Positions 47,749 through 58,926 of a stretch of DNA of 64,000 nucleotides are shown here, piece after piece. Position numbers and translations under genes: made by a program. The stretch is taken from the IMG/VR virus record IMGVR_UViG_3300030108_002488, positions 1-64,000 of that record; one strand, 5' to 3'. Position 1 is the first letter of the stretch; each line of letters starts with the position of its first letter. The notes beneath the pieces were generated by a model that was not told where the DNA came from, did no database searches, and saw nothing but the letters and a program-made list of their open reading frames with translations. This stretch comes from an uncultured virus (IMG/VR IMGVR_UViG_3300030108_002488). Lineage: Duplodnaviria > Heunggongvirae > Uroviricota > Caudoviricetes.

Positions 47749-48854
47749 TGGGGTTTATACAATTAGATTTTCCTAGAGAGGTTTTAGAAATAGGCTCCAA
47801 TGGTCAACAAGGTGGGAGGTATTGTGTTAAAAATTGGGGTGAACTAGAAAGATATTGGAAAGGTAAAAATGGTTGTGGTAATGTATACTTTACAGCATAT
47901 GGATATCGTGCCACAAAACCACCAAGAAATCATAGAGTAGACTATGATACACCTATCATTCGTCATTTTGTCATGGATTTTGATTGTAAAGATTTTAAAA
48001 GAAAGGGTATTGATGTTGATTTTGATTTTATGCACGAACAAGTTAAAAGATTACATAAGTATTTTTTAGACAAAGAAGTGAGACACTTCATATGGTTTAG
48101 TGGTGGAGGTTTTCATTTTTGGATGCCACTGAGTAAAACACATACTCCTAGTGATGGTTTTAGCATAGCACGTATTAAAGAGGGTGGGAGAAAATTATTA
48201 TCTAAATTACATAAAGAATTAGATTTATCATGTAACGACCCGACTGTTGCTTTCGATACATCAGGTATGATACGTATACCCAACTCATACAATAGTAAAC
48301 GTGGTTGTTGGAGTATACCCTTAACATCAAATGAAATATTAAATTTAACACACGATGGTTTTATGGAATTAGCACAAAAACCGAGGACAGGATATATTGA
48401 ACACAAAGGTAAAGATATTAAAATCACAGTCCCCGATAGAAAAAATCCATTTGACCGCAAGATAGCGAAAGTAGAATCTTTACCCGACATAACATTAGAC
48501 GACATCATCGTTTTACCATGTTTAGCACAAGCGGCTCTAGGTGAAGGTAACCCAACTCATAAAGCAAGATTTCATCTAGCATCTTACTTAGCGGCTAGAT
48601 TTAGATGGTTCTTCCCTCCTGAAGCGGTGTCTAATGAAGATAAAGAAAAACATGTAGAACGTATAATAGATATTATTGAACAACAAGGTTGGGTAGATTA
48701 CAAAGAACATGTCACTAGAACACAAGTAGAGAACATAGTCTTCGGTGGTTCTAAAAATAATGGATACACAGCGGCTACCTGCGCCACGTTAGAATACGAT
48801 GGTCTTTGTATAGGAAGATGTCAGTATTTCGATAATAGTATAAAGGTTGATTAA
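47748..48854 (+). CDS. Archaeo-eukaryotic primase, PriS domain fused to a PriL C-terminal-like domain
   Basis: DFD, SGGGFH, RIPNS, then LPC...H.ARF.L...C...GLC...C. Confidence 0.85.
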   Translation: MGFIQLDFPREVLEIGSNGQQGGRYCVKNWGELERYWKGKNGCGNVYFTAYGYRATKPPRNHRVDYDTPIIRHFVMDFDCKDFKRKGIDVDFDFMHEQVKRLHKYFLDKEVRHFIWFSGGGFHFWMPLSKTHTPSDGFSIARIKEGGRKLLSKLHKELDLSCNDPTVAFDTSGMIRIPNSYNSKRGCWSIPLTSNEILNLTHDGFMELAQKPRTGYIEHKGKDIKITVPDRKNPFDRKIAKVESLPDITLDDIIVLPCLAQAALGEGNPTHKARFHLASYLAARFRWFFPPEAVSNEDKEKHVERIIDIIEQQGWVDYKEHVTRTQVENIVFGGSKNNGYTAATCATLEYDGLCIGRCQYFDNSIKVD

Positions 48855-49131
48855 AATGAACATAAAAAAGAATTTAACATTAAGAAAAAGGATAGCAAGA
48901 GTTTTCATTGAAAATAATTTAGAAATATTATCAACTAGAGAAATTAGAGATAAACTTATTGAACAACTCACAGTGACAGGTAAGAGATATTCATTACAAC
49001 CACCTATCACACAACTTAGTAATGTTTTGAGATTTTATAATGAATTCGAAATGTTAACTGGGGGTAGAGATGGTAATAGACACGAAATTGCTACATGGAA
49101 ATTAACAGATGAAGGTAGGAGTTTAGTATGA
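48847..49131 (+). CDS. Probable winged-helix DNA-binding protein
   Basis: LSTREIRD...PPITQLSNVLR...EF...ATWKL. Confidence 0.5.
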   Translation: MIKMNIKKNLTLRKRIARVFIENNLEILSTREIRDKLIEQLTVTGKRYSLQPPITQLSNVLRFYNEFEMLTGGRDGNRHEIATWKLTDEGRSLV

Positions 49132-49829
49132 GAAAACCCGACCTTATCATAGATAGCAACGAAAGAGGCTCTTTGTATGAATCTGTAAAAAAGAAAGCAT
49201 CTAAAGTGGGGTTGAACGTTAATCATCAACCTTTAGTTGTTGGTGATTATCTACTAGGTGCTGCTTGTGTCGAAGCGAAATCAGTAACAGACCTCATACA
49301 ATCAGCGTACAGTGGACATCTATGGAGACAACTAGAAAACTTAGATGCGAACTATCAAAGATTTTTTGTTGTTGTGCATGGTTCAGTAGCACAACATATT
49401 AAATTAATAAAACAAAGAACAGGTAAGACATTACCTGTATCTAAAATACATAGTAACTTCTTAGGTATATTAGCAAGAATCATGTCCGACTTTGAATGTC
49501 AAGTGTTCTATACCTCACAACTTAGCGAGGCGGCAACATTCATAGTCAAACTACATGATAAATTACACAAACCAGCGTCAAGACATGGCGCTTTGGCTAT
49601 TAGAAGAGTATCCACCAACGATGTAAGATTAGATGTATTATTATCAATACCGGGGATAGGGCGTGAATTAGCAGAGAGATTATTAGAAACATGTGGTAGT
49701 TTAGAAGAGATGATGTATCCTGAGTCATTAAAGAAAGTCAAAGGGTTGGGAGACAAAAGAAGACAATTAATCATAGAGGTTCTAACTAAAGAGGAATCAG
49801 TTCATATTCAAAGACAAGTAAAAAGGTAG
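49128..49829 (+). CDS. ERCC4/XPF (Hef-like) structure-specific endonuclease with HhH motifs
   Basis: IIDSNE, GDY, VEAKS, IPGIG, VKGLG. Confidence 0.88.
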   Translation: MRKPDLIIDSNERGSLYESVKKKASKVGLNVNHQPLVVGDYLLGAACVEAKSVTDLIQSAYSGHLWRQLENLDANYQRFFVVVHGSVAQHIKLIKQRTGKTLPVSKIHSNFLGILARIMSDFECQVFYTSQLSEAATFIVKLHDKLHKPASRHGALAIRRVSTNDVRLDVLLSIPGIGRELAERLLETCGSLEEMMYPESLKKVKGLGDKRRQLIIEVLTKEESVHIQRQVKR

Positions 49830-49928
49830 TATATAAAGCAGCATCAATTCATATAATGGTTTGTTAAGTTTGTTAATTGTAGTGTTTTAACTATATGTTT
49901 ATATATTGACCACTACTGGGGTCAAATT

Positions 49929-51332
49929 ATGAGAGTAGCAGAAGATTATTCAGCGGTAATGAAGTATCCTTTTCTGAAAGGATATGTAGAGAGATTTGGG
50001 AAAGTGAGCATAGATAATGATATACCAGCGTTGTTATCTTTCTTTTTCATACAAGGACAAATAGCGGCACCTTATGTTAGGATACCTTGGGATGCAAGTC
50101 ATCTTGACCCTAGAGTACATGTGTTTTGGATTCAACCATCTAGGACAGGTAAGTCGATAGCATGGGAATTTGTTGGAGATGTATTGAAAGATTGTGGTAT
50201 GAAGTATGATATGTATACTACAGGTTCTGATGCAGGACTTGTAGGTGGTGTCACTACTGAAGTACAAGTTAATGACCAAGGAAAGAAAGAGCAGGTATCT
50301 GTTGAAACAAAAGGTATGTTGGGTGGGCATAAAGCATTGAACTTTGATGAAGGCTCAATTATTCTAAACCCCGGTAAACACAGTCAAGAAACTGTATTGT
50401 ATTTACAATCAGCGTGTAACCCCATTGGTAGTAACAGTAACATCTTAGTAAAGCATCTAAGTGGTAGAAGGATAGAAACCGAGTCACTTGTGTCTTTGTG
50501 GATTACAACATATCCACCAGCAGGTGTTAAAGAATACGTATTAACAAAGGGTATTTTCCAACGTGTTTTACTATATTGGTCTGATTGGGATATGGATAGA
50601 CGTATGAACGTGAGTATGAGACGTATGGAAAAAGCATTTACTAAAGATGATGGTAACAAAATTTCATACGAACAAATCACAGGATATTTCATAGATTTAG
50701 AAAAGCGTTTACGCAATCGTATTCTTGATTTAAGTGAGACATCATTTATTGAATGGGACCAAATGCCTCGTGAAAAGCAGGAAGATGTTGTTCAATCTGT
50801 CATGCATGAAATGTTCACAGTAGATGATTCATTTAGGGCAGCAGTGTATGATGTGGTAGAGGATTTCTATTCATTACTAGATGAATTAAACTTCGCTATC
50901 GCTAATGTCGTATCATCATTCTTACCAGCCATGGAGAATTATTCAGTTATATTAGCAACACACTTGGCTATGATGGATGAGACTTGGACTGTAACAGGTG
51001 AACACTTAGATATGGCTAAAGATATAATATACGATTTATTTAAGAATCTAATTTTATGGTTAGAAGGAGAAGTAGAAGTTGGTGCTAAAACTGCTGAAAA
51101 AGCAAATAACAAGAAGTTATGGATGGAATCATATAACTCAGTATCACCAGTTGAACTTGATAAAAGAGGAGAAGGTTGGTGTAAAAAATCATCTATGATT
51201 AAACATTATATGAAGGTCCAACATGTAACTCGTCCTACTGCCTTCAACAGATTTAATAAATGGGCCGCTCACCTATTTGATACAGCGAAAGATGGAACAG
51301 TAGTTTATCTGAGATTAAAGGAGGACGTATAA
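49929..51332 (+). CDS. Divergent MCM-like AAA+ ATPase, probable replicative helicase
   Basis: QPSRTGKS, SDAGLVG (MCM-like S.AGL), FDEG, IFQR arginine-finger-like motif. Confidence 0.6.
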   Translation: MRVAEDYSAVMKYPFLKGYVERFGKVSIDNDIPALLSFFFIQGQIAAPYVRIPWDASHLDPRVHVFWIQPSRTGKSIAWEFVGDVLKDCGMKYDMYTTGSDAGLVGGVTTEVQVNDQGKKEQVSVETKGMLGGHKALNFDEGSIILNPGKHSQETVLYLQSACNPIGSNSNILVKHLSGRRIETESLVSLWITTYPPAGVKEYVLTKGIFQRVLLYWSDWDMDRRMNVSMRRMEKAFTKDDGNKISYEQITGYFIDLEKRLRNRILDLSETSFIEWDQMPREKQEDVVQSVMHEMFTVDDSFRAAVYDVVEDFYSLLDELNFAIANVVSSFLPAMENYSVILATHLAMMDETWTVTGEHLDMAKDIIYDLFKNLILWLEGEVEVGAKTAEKANNKKLWMESYNSVSPVELDKRGEGWCKKSSMIKHYMKVQHVTRPTAFNRFNKWAAHLFDTAKDGTVVYLRLKEDV

Positions 51333-51472
51333 TGAGTGATGTAACGATTTTAGACAACAATAAAATATGGACGGATACATACCCACCTCAAAGTATCAAA
51401 GAGCATATAACACAAAAGGGATTTTTTTGTAAGTTTATACCTTACATATGGAATATAACGGAGGAAGAATAA

Positions 51473-52081
51473 ATGACAGATATAATGGCATTAGATATAG
51501 AAACAGGTAACTACTCTTGGGAGATAGGAGGTTGGGATAAACACAGCCTCTTTGAACCCACAGTAGTTGCTACATGGGATGGTACAGATGCACATGTGTT
51601 CTCTAAGGAAGACATAGATATGGATGGCGCAACAGTCCATCCTTTACATCCAAGAGATTTAGGTGAACACTTAGAGAAACACTTAGAGTCAGGTGGTGTC
51701 ATACTAGGGCATAACATTCGTAGTTTTGATTTACCCGTCTTAAACGCAGCATTAGATTGTAAAGCGGCAGGAGACCTGATGAGTAAGTCTGAAAATATAA
51801 TCGATACTAAGTTGCTAGTTAATAAAGCAGCATTATCTTTTGGAGACGTGGCGACAAGTTTAGAGTATTTATGTCGTACAACTTTAGATGTAGGTAAGTC
51901 GATGACTAGTAGTGATGCACCTAAAGCGTGGAGAGAAGGTAGATATAATGAAGTAGCAGATTACTGCTTGAAAGATTCAAAATTAACATATGATTTGTAT
52001 ATGTATGGAAAAGAAAATGGGATAGTTAAATCACGTAAAATGGATACGGGAGAAATAATAGAAATAACGGTGGAATGGTAA
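51473..52081 (+). CDS. DEDD 3'-5' exonuclease (RNase H-like)
   Basis: [20 protein letters not shown]. Confidence 0.85.
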   Translation: MTDIMALDIETGNYSWEIGGWDKHSLFEPTVVATWDGTDAHVFSKEDIDMDGATVHPLHPRDLGEHLEKHLESGGVILGHNIRSFDLPVLNAALDCKAAGDLMSKSENIIDTKLLVNKAALSFGDVATSLEYLCRTTLDVGKSMTSSDAPKAWREGRYNEVADYCLKDSKLTYDLYMYGKENGIVKSRKMDTGEIIEITVEW

Positions 52082-52082
52082 A

Positions 52083-53567
52083 ATGGAAGAAAAGATACAC
52101 AACGCACAAAGAATGAATATAGAAGCGATTAGGCGCATAGTCGATACTGTAAAGACAACACTAGGGCCTATGGGAATGGACAAAATGATGGTAGACGGTG
52201 GTGGTAATGTAATAGTTACCAACGATGGTGCTACTATTCTTAGAGAACTAGATAGCGCACATCCTGCGGCTAAAATGATAGTAGAAGTTTCTAAGATGCA
52301 AGAGATGAATTGTCACGATGGTACTACTAGCACAGTAGTATTAGCGGGTCAATTACTATCTAATGCTGAGAATCTATTCAGTAAAGGGTTACATCCTAAT
52401 GTAATAAACAAGGGTTACACTCACGCTGCTGAATTGGCTGTTAAAATTTTAGAAGAAAAGTATGGTATAAAATGTGATGAAGAAAAGTTATCAGCAATAG
52501 CAAGAACCGCTATTACAGGTAAAACACTAGAAAGTTCAGAAGAACAAGTAGCACAACTATGTGTAGATACTATACAACAGGTGGGTAACGTAAGAGATGT
52601 TAGAGTCATAGCGGCACCCGGAGGCGCACTAAGCGACTCTTATCTGTTCAACGGTGTAGTAGTCAACAGAGATTTTGTAGAAGCAGATGATATAGAATCA
52701 CTAGGTGGTAGCACTATATTGTTACTTAATGGTGGTTTAGAAGAGCAAAAAGAAAACACCAACATGCAAGTGCAAGTTGATGCTGCTTCATATAAAACTC
52801 TTAAAAATGCAGATAGAGAACATCTGTTAGACAGAGCAAAAATGATTGTAAAATCAGGTGCTAACTTGGTTATTGTGCGTGATGGAGCACACGATACCGT
52901 AGTTTCTTATTTACGTAAGAATGGTATATTGGTAATTCGTAGAGTTCAAGAGAGTATTATGAGGGCTTTGAGTAAAGAGTTGTCATCAGAAATCTATAGT
53001 GTACCCGAAGATAATATGGACTGTGTGTCCGCTTTTGTACAAAGAAAAAGATTCAACGATGTTCCTTACATATTTGTAACTTGTACTAAAGAAGAAGCAA
53101 CACTAATTTTATTCGGTGCTACACAATCAACACTCGATGAAGTACAACGTGGATTTGATGACGCATTAGGTGTGGTTTCTCTTGTTCAAAATGGAGATAA
53201 TATATGCTATGGAGGTGGAGTTACATATCTACTATTAGCAGGTGAGTTGAGAAATCAAGCATCATCTATAGGTGGTAGAGCACAAATGGCTATAGAAGCA
53301 TTCGCTGAATCACTAGAGGCTATACCCGCCACTATAGCAGAAAACGCAGGGCATGATGCTTTGGATACAGTATTGGCTATGAGACATGCGAACAAAGAAG
53401 ATAATTGTTATGGACCAAATGTCAGCGCAGGTGGTATTGTATCAATGGAAGAGTTGAATGTCTATGAACCTATGAGTTTAATCAAACATGCCATTCAAGG
53501 CGCAACAGAAGTCACATCTGCTATCCTACGTATTGATGATGTCATTGGTCGTAGGCCGGTGGAGTAA
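52083..53567 (+). CDS. ths: Group II chaperonin (thermosome subunit)
   Basis: [23 protein letters not shown], (H)DGTTS, YGGG, ENAG.D, ILRIDD. Confidence 0.93.
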   Translation: MEEKIHNAQRMNIEAIRRIVDTVKTTLGPMGMDKMMVDGGGNVIVTNDGATILRELDSAHPAAKMIVEVSKMQEMNCHDGTTSTVVLAGQLLSNAENLFSKGLHPNVINKGYTHAAELAVKILEEKYGIKCDEEKLSAIARTAITGKTLESSEEQVAQLCVDTIQQVGNVRDVRVIAAPGGALSDSYLFNGVVVNRDFVEADDIESLGGSTILLLNGGLEEQKENTNMQVQVDAASYKTLKNADREHLLDRAKMIVKSGANLVIVRDGAHDTVVSYLRKNGILVIRRVQESIMRALSKELSSEIYSVPEDNMDCVSAFVQRKRFNDVPYIFVTCTKEEATLILFGATQSTLDEVQRGFDDALGVVSLVQNGDNICYGGGVTYLLLAGELRNQASSIGGRAQMAIEAFAESLEAIPATIAENAGHDALDTVLAMRHANKEDNCYGPNVSAGGIVSMEELNVYEPMSLIKHAIQGATEVTSAILRIDDVIGRRPVE

Positions 53568-53752
53568 TGGGTAGATTACTAGATAGATTGAAAGTAACTT
53601 GTAGACAGTGTTTACATGAACACATACCTAGAAGAATACGTGGTAGGTTTTTGGACGGTAAAAAAGAAAGAGTAAATCTATGGGTTTGTAAAGAATGTGG
53701 ATATATTTGGATTGACTCTGCTTTTAAGAAAAAACCGCCAACGCAAAGGTAG
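53567..53752 (+). CDS. Zn-ribbon protein
   Basis: CRQC...CKECG. Confidence 0.65.
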   Translation: MGRLLDRLKVTCRQCLHEHIPRRIRGRFLDGKKERVNLWVCKECGYIWIDSAFKKKPPTQR

Positions 53753-53914
53753 GGGTAGAAGGGGTATGTTTGGGTAAAATTGCACTTTTACTTTTTCAGT
53801 TTTTCAATTACAACATACATGAATAGAAAAAAACTAGAAATCATAGATATTCCTATCAAAAATAAACCACATGTTTCTAAAACGGTAAGAGATAATCTTT
53901 CTGACATGTTTACC

Positions 53915-54397
53915 TCATGTACCTTTAACGATAATAGTAAAATTAGCCGTGTCTGAACCACCGCTATTAGAACCCTCATATGCTAAATTTGCACGATATA
54001 AATTTCTATTCATACTAGATGATATTGTTATAGTCCCATTAGTATAATTTTGAGAACTAGATGTTGTATTACCTACAGCACCAATGCCCGCACTATCTGA
54101 ATCTTCAGATAAAGTCCAACTATGTGTAGTAATTGCACCACCACCACTTTGAGTTCCACCATACGCTTTTAGTGTAAGCACCGTTGCAGAACCACTTGAT
54201 ACAAATAAATCAGTATTATGTTGATAATCAAAATCAGTTCCCGAACTAATAAATCCACCACCATATCCAACAGTCGCATCTGCACTTATAGTTATAAAAT
54301 TTTCAGTCCCATCATCATCAGCAACCCTAACATTTTGTGGTGCGGCTACAGAAGCAACAGCGTTTTGCACAACTCCAAACTGCCAGTGTAAACCCAA
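53915..54397 (-). CDS. Probable virion structural protein (beta-rich)
   Basis: Ser/Thr/Gly-rich 160 aa protein downstream of the tail fibre. Confidence 0.55.
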   Translation of the reverse strand: MGLHWQFGVVQNAVASVAAPQNVRVADDDGTENFITISADATVGYGGGFISSGTDFDYQHNTDLFVSSGSATVLTLKAYGGTQSGGGAITTHSWTLSEDSDSAGIGAVGNTTSSSQNYTNGTITISSSMNRNLYRANLAYEGSNSGGSDTANFTIIVKGT

Positions 54398-54401
54398 GTA
54401 A

Positions 54402-57400
54402 TCACCCTATTCTTATCCAAGTATTATTACCACTACAAACAAATGTGGCCGCCTTAAAGGATTCTATATCATCAGCATCCGTAGCCGCCGCACCATTAAT
54501 TGTAGCAGAATTAGAAACTGCTATTTGTGCGCTAATTGTTGAACCTGTTTGATTAAACACTGTGAATTGAACACCCACACTAGTAGTGTTATTTATAGAA
54601 GGTAAAGTTAAATTAGAAGCAGAATTATTAAAAATTACTAAAGTTCCTGAGTCCTCTACAGTTGGGGCATAAGTAGCCGCACCAATAACGGCAGTTGTTG
54701 CTCTTGAATTTAATCCACTTCCTGTAGAAGTAGTATTAGCGGTGGTAATTGGTGGGCCTATATTAGCCATAACTGTCGAAGTTTGGTCATCAGCAGTTCC
54801 CGCTTCCGTTATCCCTAACTTTAATCTTCCACCTTTAGCGGCTGCTGAATGATTCTCTGTAGCATAACTAGCGATAAAAGCGGAAGCCTCTGTAATTGAA
54901 CTAGGAACATTACCGTCATTAGAATCAAATCCTATCCCTCCTAATATTTCATCAGTCTCAGTATCAGAAGAATCATCTCTAACAATTTGAATGCCATCAA
55001 AACCATCAGCACCAGTAACATTAACTTGTAACATATTTTTTGGCCCACTTGTGCTTATTCCTACTTTATCAGCAGAAGCATCACAAAAGAAAAGATTAGC
55101 ATCAGTATCTCCTTCTACTCTAAAATCTATATCGTCATGTTGGTCATTAATTACTACATCTCTTGTAGCGGCTCTTAATCTCATAAACTCAGTAAGAGTT
55201 CCAGCCTCCATTAAATTAAAAGTCATATTACCGTCTTCTGAACCATCCGCAACATCATCCATCCCAACTTGTATTGTTCCGTATTCAACATCCTGATTGT
55301 TATCGTTTTCTCCTCTAAATTTAATCTCACCTACTAACTCATTAGTTAGTGGGGTATCGCTACCATTTCTGTATAAAACTAAATTAGGAGCATGAGTAGC
55401 CGCATTAGCCGCAGTTGATTCTAAAATTAAAGTATCACCAGTTCCACTGTCAAGAACATGTAATGGTGCAGAAGGAGTTGTAATTCCAATACCAACGCTA
55501 CCTTCATCAGTAATTCTCATTCTTTCTGTTATTCCCGCATTTGCGTTGTTAGTTGAAAAGGTTAGAGTACCATCATCAACTCCTGTTGCTTCATTTAAAG
55601 CAGAAATTCTCGCACCAACATAAGAAGTCGGTCCATGGGAATCATAATTTTTTAAATCTATTCTTGCATAGTCTGTGCCTGTGGCGTTTCTTGCACCTTC
55701 AATTATAACCGTTCTTGTTTCACCACTATTAGAAGTTCTTGAAATTGTAGTATCTCCGCTTACTTCTAATTTAGCCGAAGGAGCAGTTGCGCCAATACCA
55801 ACTCTCGATTCTGAACCATCAATCCTCATTACTTCTGTTCCCGAAGAACCACCATCATTTACTTGTAAAATAATATCTTTATCTGAAGTTACATTTTGAA
55901 TTATAACATCATCAGAAGATGTTGAAAGTTGTAAGTCTGTTCCTATTACTACTTCTCCTGAATCTTTTATTCTCATTCTTTCTGCTAAACTTCCAGCGTT
56001 AGAAGTTGAGATTACTAGGTTCCCATCATCAACTCCTGTTGCTTCATTAAATGAGGCAATCCTAGCGCCAACATAAGAAGTTGGCCCATTAGAGTCATAA
56101 TTCTTTAAATCTATTTGTGCGAAAGCGGACCCTGTTGCGAATCTCGCACCCTCCAAAACTAATGTTCTAGTTTCACTATTATCAGCACTTCTCGCTAAGG
56201 TTGTATCTCCCTTAACCTCTAACAATGTAGTTGGGGCATTAGTCCCAATACCAACATTACCATCTGTGTGAATCCTCATTCTTTCTGCGGCTGTATCTGT
56301 CCCGCTTACTTTAGTATGGAATGTCATTGCAGATGTTCCAGTGCCATCTCCACCACCTGATTTTAAAACTAAATCTCCACCATTTATGTTATTACCGTTA
56401 GTGGATGTAGAACCCGCAGAAATAGTCAAATCTCTACCCGCTGTAGTAGAAGTTGTAGCCGCTACACTTACTGTAGCATCTTGTCCATTCCCAAAACCTA
56501 TATCTCCACCGGTGACTGTTAAATCAGTTCCAACAGTCGCAGTAGTTGTAGTTGTTAATGCACCTGTGACTGCTAATGTGCTTCCATTGAAATTTAAATT
56601 ACTATCACCTGTAAATCCACCGCTACCATCAGAACGCTGAACATCACCACTAGCACCCGATGATACAGGTGTAGGTGTGGAACTACTAACCATTACTCTC
56701 TGCCAACCTGAGCCAGTGAAATCTGTTTTAGTAATATCATCTATGGTTTCTGTTATTGTTCTATTACCAGCAGTACCACCTGTTGCCTGTGTTAGCGTAA
56801 TAGATTGATTTCCATTCGCCTCTGTAGGCACGGCGCTAACAGTAATTTTACCATTATGACCATTAGCATGTTCAATCGCTGCTTTTAATTGCACCAATAA
56901 AGCGTTTTGAGTAGATTTACTACCACCAGTGGTAGCAATACCTACCGCTATTTTACCTGCGTTACCACCAGCGGTAGTAGAACCTATGTCTGAACCCGAA
57001 ACCAACACAGTGCCTGTTGCTACACCACCCGCATTAGTATCTGTAATGAAGTAAGTTTTACTAGTTCCGTCCGTAGATATGAGAGTAATTTCATCCGCTT
57101 CATCGGTTGTAACATCTGCGTCACCATCTGTAACAGTTAGAACTGCTTGTGCGCCTGACTCTCCGTAAACAAACATACAAGATTCTAGTGGGGAAACAGT
57201 ATCTTTTACACCAGCCCCTGTAAAGTTAGTCACAGTAACATTAGTCAAACCTGACGTTATTATTGTATTACCAGCAGTGCCACCAGTGGCTTGTGTCAAA
57301 GTGAGAGTACCTGAACCATTGTCGGTGACAGTAATTGTACCATTGTGACCATTAGCGTGCTCTATACAAGTTTTTAGAGCAGTAGCAGCAGCGGCAGCGT

Positions 57401-58577
57401 CTGTATTGATAAATTGAAGACTTGCTGCTGTTGTACTACTTTTAGCAGTATATGTTCGAGAAGTTCCAGCGGTGTCAATTATAACAATAGTTTCGTCTAC
57501 CGTACATGCGCCTGTAAAAGATATAGTAGCGGTTGCTCCTACATCATCGAATTCTATACTGTTACTAGCACTCACGTTGCTTACAAATACAGAATGACCG
57601 GGTGGGAAATTACCACTAGGGTCTAAGTCTATGGTTGTAGATGGAGTAAGCACAAACACCTGTGCCTCATCAAAAGTAAATGTCATATCAGCATCTGCTG
57701 TAGTTGTTTTAATACCCGTGGGTCCGATTAAATGTGTGTGTCTAGTTGATTGACTATCTTTAGCACTAAAGTACAAATGTGCGTCTCCATCAGCGTTGTA
57801 AGATTGCCAAAGAACACCACTTTCAGTAGTAGTCGAGCCGTGTTCACCTGAGCCATGTATTTGTAATAAAGTCGTGTGGTCTGTTATACCGACTTCTGAG
57901 CCAGCGCCACCGCTTTGCACAGGTGTAAAATAAACAGGAGATGGTCTGACAAATACACGTTTATCATTTACTTCAGTTATGGACGAGATGTTCAAAGTAC
58001 CAGTGGTGCTTGCATCTGTCCTAACTGCTCTTACTGTTGCTAAAACCAATGTTTGTTTATTAGAAGCGCTAGACACTGTGTCCATTTTTAAATATTCAGC
58101 ACTGTCCCCTGTAACAGATGGGTAAGCACCAGTAGCGGTGTCTATGACAGCAGTTTGTGTATATTTTAGCCCTTCGGAGGTCGCTAATATAATAAAAAGA
58201 GTTTCCTTACCACTAGCGGATAAAGCGGTAACATTAGTATTATCTAATATGTTACTATCACCTGTGGCAAATGTGAGTGTTGTTTCACTACCGCCACCAA
58301 AATCGTATAACACACCATCCAATATGGCTTCAAAAGGTTTCACAATAACTTGATTATCAACGCTTGATGATTTCCTCACAGCCCCTCCTAGATTATTAGG
58401 ATTATTTCTATCAGCGTTACCATAAGATGTATCATTAGATAATAAAATACCGTTACCATGAACACCCTCATAGAGATTAGTTAATGATGGAGACAATATG
58501 TGGTCTCCGTCTCTTAGTCCGTCTTGTGCATCTGTTATACCAGCAGATGTATGTCCCGATAGTGGATTTTGTGCCAT
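54402..58577 (-). CDS. Tail fibre / receptor-binding protein
   Basis: 1391 aa, Thr/Gly/Ser/Ala-rich, with repeated ERMRI...G.VGIG...P...L.V units typical of marine virus fibres. Confidence 0.8.
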   Translation of the reverse strand: MAQNPLSGHTSAGITDAQDGLRDGDHILSPSLTNLYEGVHGNGILLSNDTSYGNADRNNPNNLGGAVRKSSSVDNQVIVKPFEAILDGVLYDFGGGSETTLTFATGDSNILDNTNVTALSASGKETLFIILATSEGLKYTQTAVIDTATGAYPSVTGDSAEYLKMDTVSSASNKQTLVLATVRAVRTDASTTGTLNISSITEVNDKRVFVRPSPVYFTPVQSGGAGSEVGITDHTTLLQIHGSGEHGSTTTESGVLWQSYNADGDAHLYFSAKDSQSTRHTHLIGPTGIKTTTADADMTFTFDEAQVFVLTPSTTIDLDPSGNFPPGHSVFVSNVSASNSIEFDDVGATATISFTGACTVDETIVIIDTAGTSRTYTAKSSTTAASLQFINTDAAAAATALKTCIEHANGHNGTITVTDNGSGTLTLTQATGGTAGNTIITSGLTNVTVTNFTGAGVKDTVSPLESCMFVYGESGAQAVLTVTDGDADVTTDEADEITLISTDGTSKTYFITDTNAGGVATGTVLVSGSDIGSTTAGGNAGKIAVGIATTGGSKSTQNALLVQLKAAIEHANGHNGKITVSAVPTEANGNQSITLTQATGGTAGNRTITETIDDITKTDFTGSGWQRVMVSSSTPTPVSSGASGDVQRSDGSGGFTGDSNLNFNGSTLAVTGALTTTTTATVGTDLTVTGGDIGFGNGQDATVSVAATTSTTAGRDLTISAGSTSTNGNNINGGDLVLKSGGGDGTGTSAMTFHTKVSGTDTAAERMRIHTDGNVGIGTNAPTTLLEVKGDTTLARSADNSETRTLVLEGARFATGSAFAQIDLKNYDSNGPTSYVGARIASFNEATGVDDGNLVISTSNAGSLAERMRIKDSGEVVIGTDLQLSTSSDDVIIQNVTSDKDIILQVNDGGSSGTEVMRIDGSESRVGIGATAPSAKLEVSGDTTISRTSNSGETRTVIIEGARNATGTDYARIDLKNYDSHGPTSYVGARISALNEATGVDDGTLTFSTNNANAGITERMRITDEGSVGIGITTPSAPLHVLDSGTGDTLILESTAANAATHAPNLVLYRNGSDTPLTNELVGEIKFRGENDNNQDVEYGTIQVGMDDVADGSEDGNMTFNLMEAGTLTEFMRLRAATRDVVINDQHDDIDFRVEGDTDANLFFCDASADKVGISTSGPKNMLQVNVTGADGFDGIQIVRDDSSDTETDEILGGIGFDSNDGNVPSSITEASAFIASYATENHSAAAKGGRLKLGITEAGTADDQTSTVMANIGPPITTANTTSTGSGLNSRATTAVIGAATYAPTVEDSGTLVIFNNSASNLTLPSINNTTSVGVQFTVFNQTGSTISAQIAVSNSATINGAAATDADDIESFKAATFVCSGNNTWIRIG

Positions 58578-58581
58578 TCTT

Positions 58582-58926
58582 TCACCTTACCTCAATTAAT
58601 ACCTGTATTCTCAATTCGTTTCTTGATGTTTTTATTATAGGCTTCACTGTGTGCCTTGCGACTGGGGTGAACGAAGAAGTACCCCTATATTGAATAAACA
58701 CTTCTTTTATACTTTCAGTAAATTCAAAATCTTTTGGAATAAACGCTTCCACTAGTAAAGTGGTGTCATCTATCACCTTTACGGTGGGAGCCACTGTCAA
58801 AGCGGGTTTACCAGCAGCCCCATCTGAATTAGTAGAAGGTGTGCCATCAAAACCTATAGTAAGTTCGTTAATATTAGACGCTATAGTATCTAGTAGTAAT
58901 CTTCTCATTCTGTCTGCTACAGGCAT
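58582..58926 (-). CDS. Probable tail/baseplate protein
   Basis: 114 aa; IKEV...ARH.VKPIIKT...E pattern; context. Confidence 0.5.
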   Translation of the reverse strand: MPVADRMRRLLLDTIASNINELTIGFDGTPSTNSDGAAGKPALTVAPTVKVIDDTTLLVEAFIPKDFEFTESIKEVFIQYRGTSSFTPVARHTVKPIIKTSRNELRIQVLIEVR

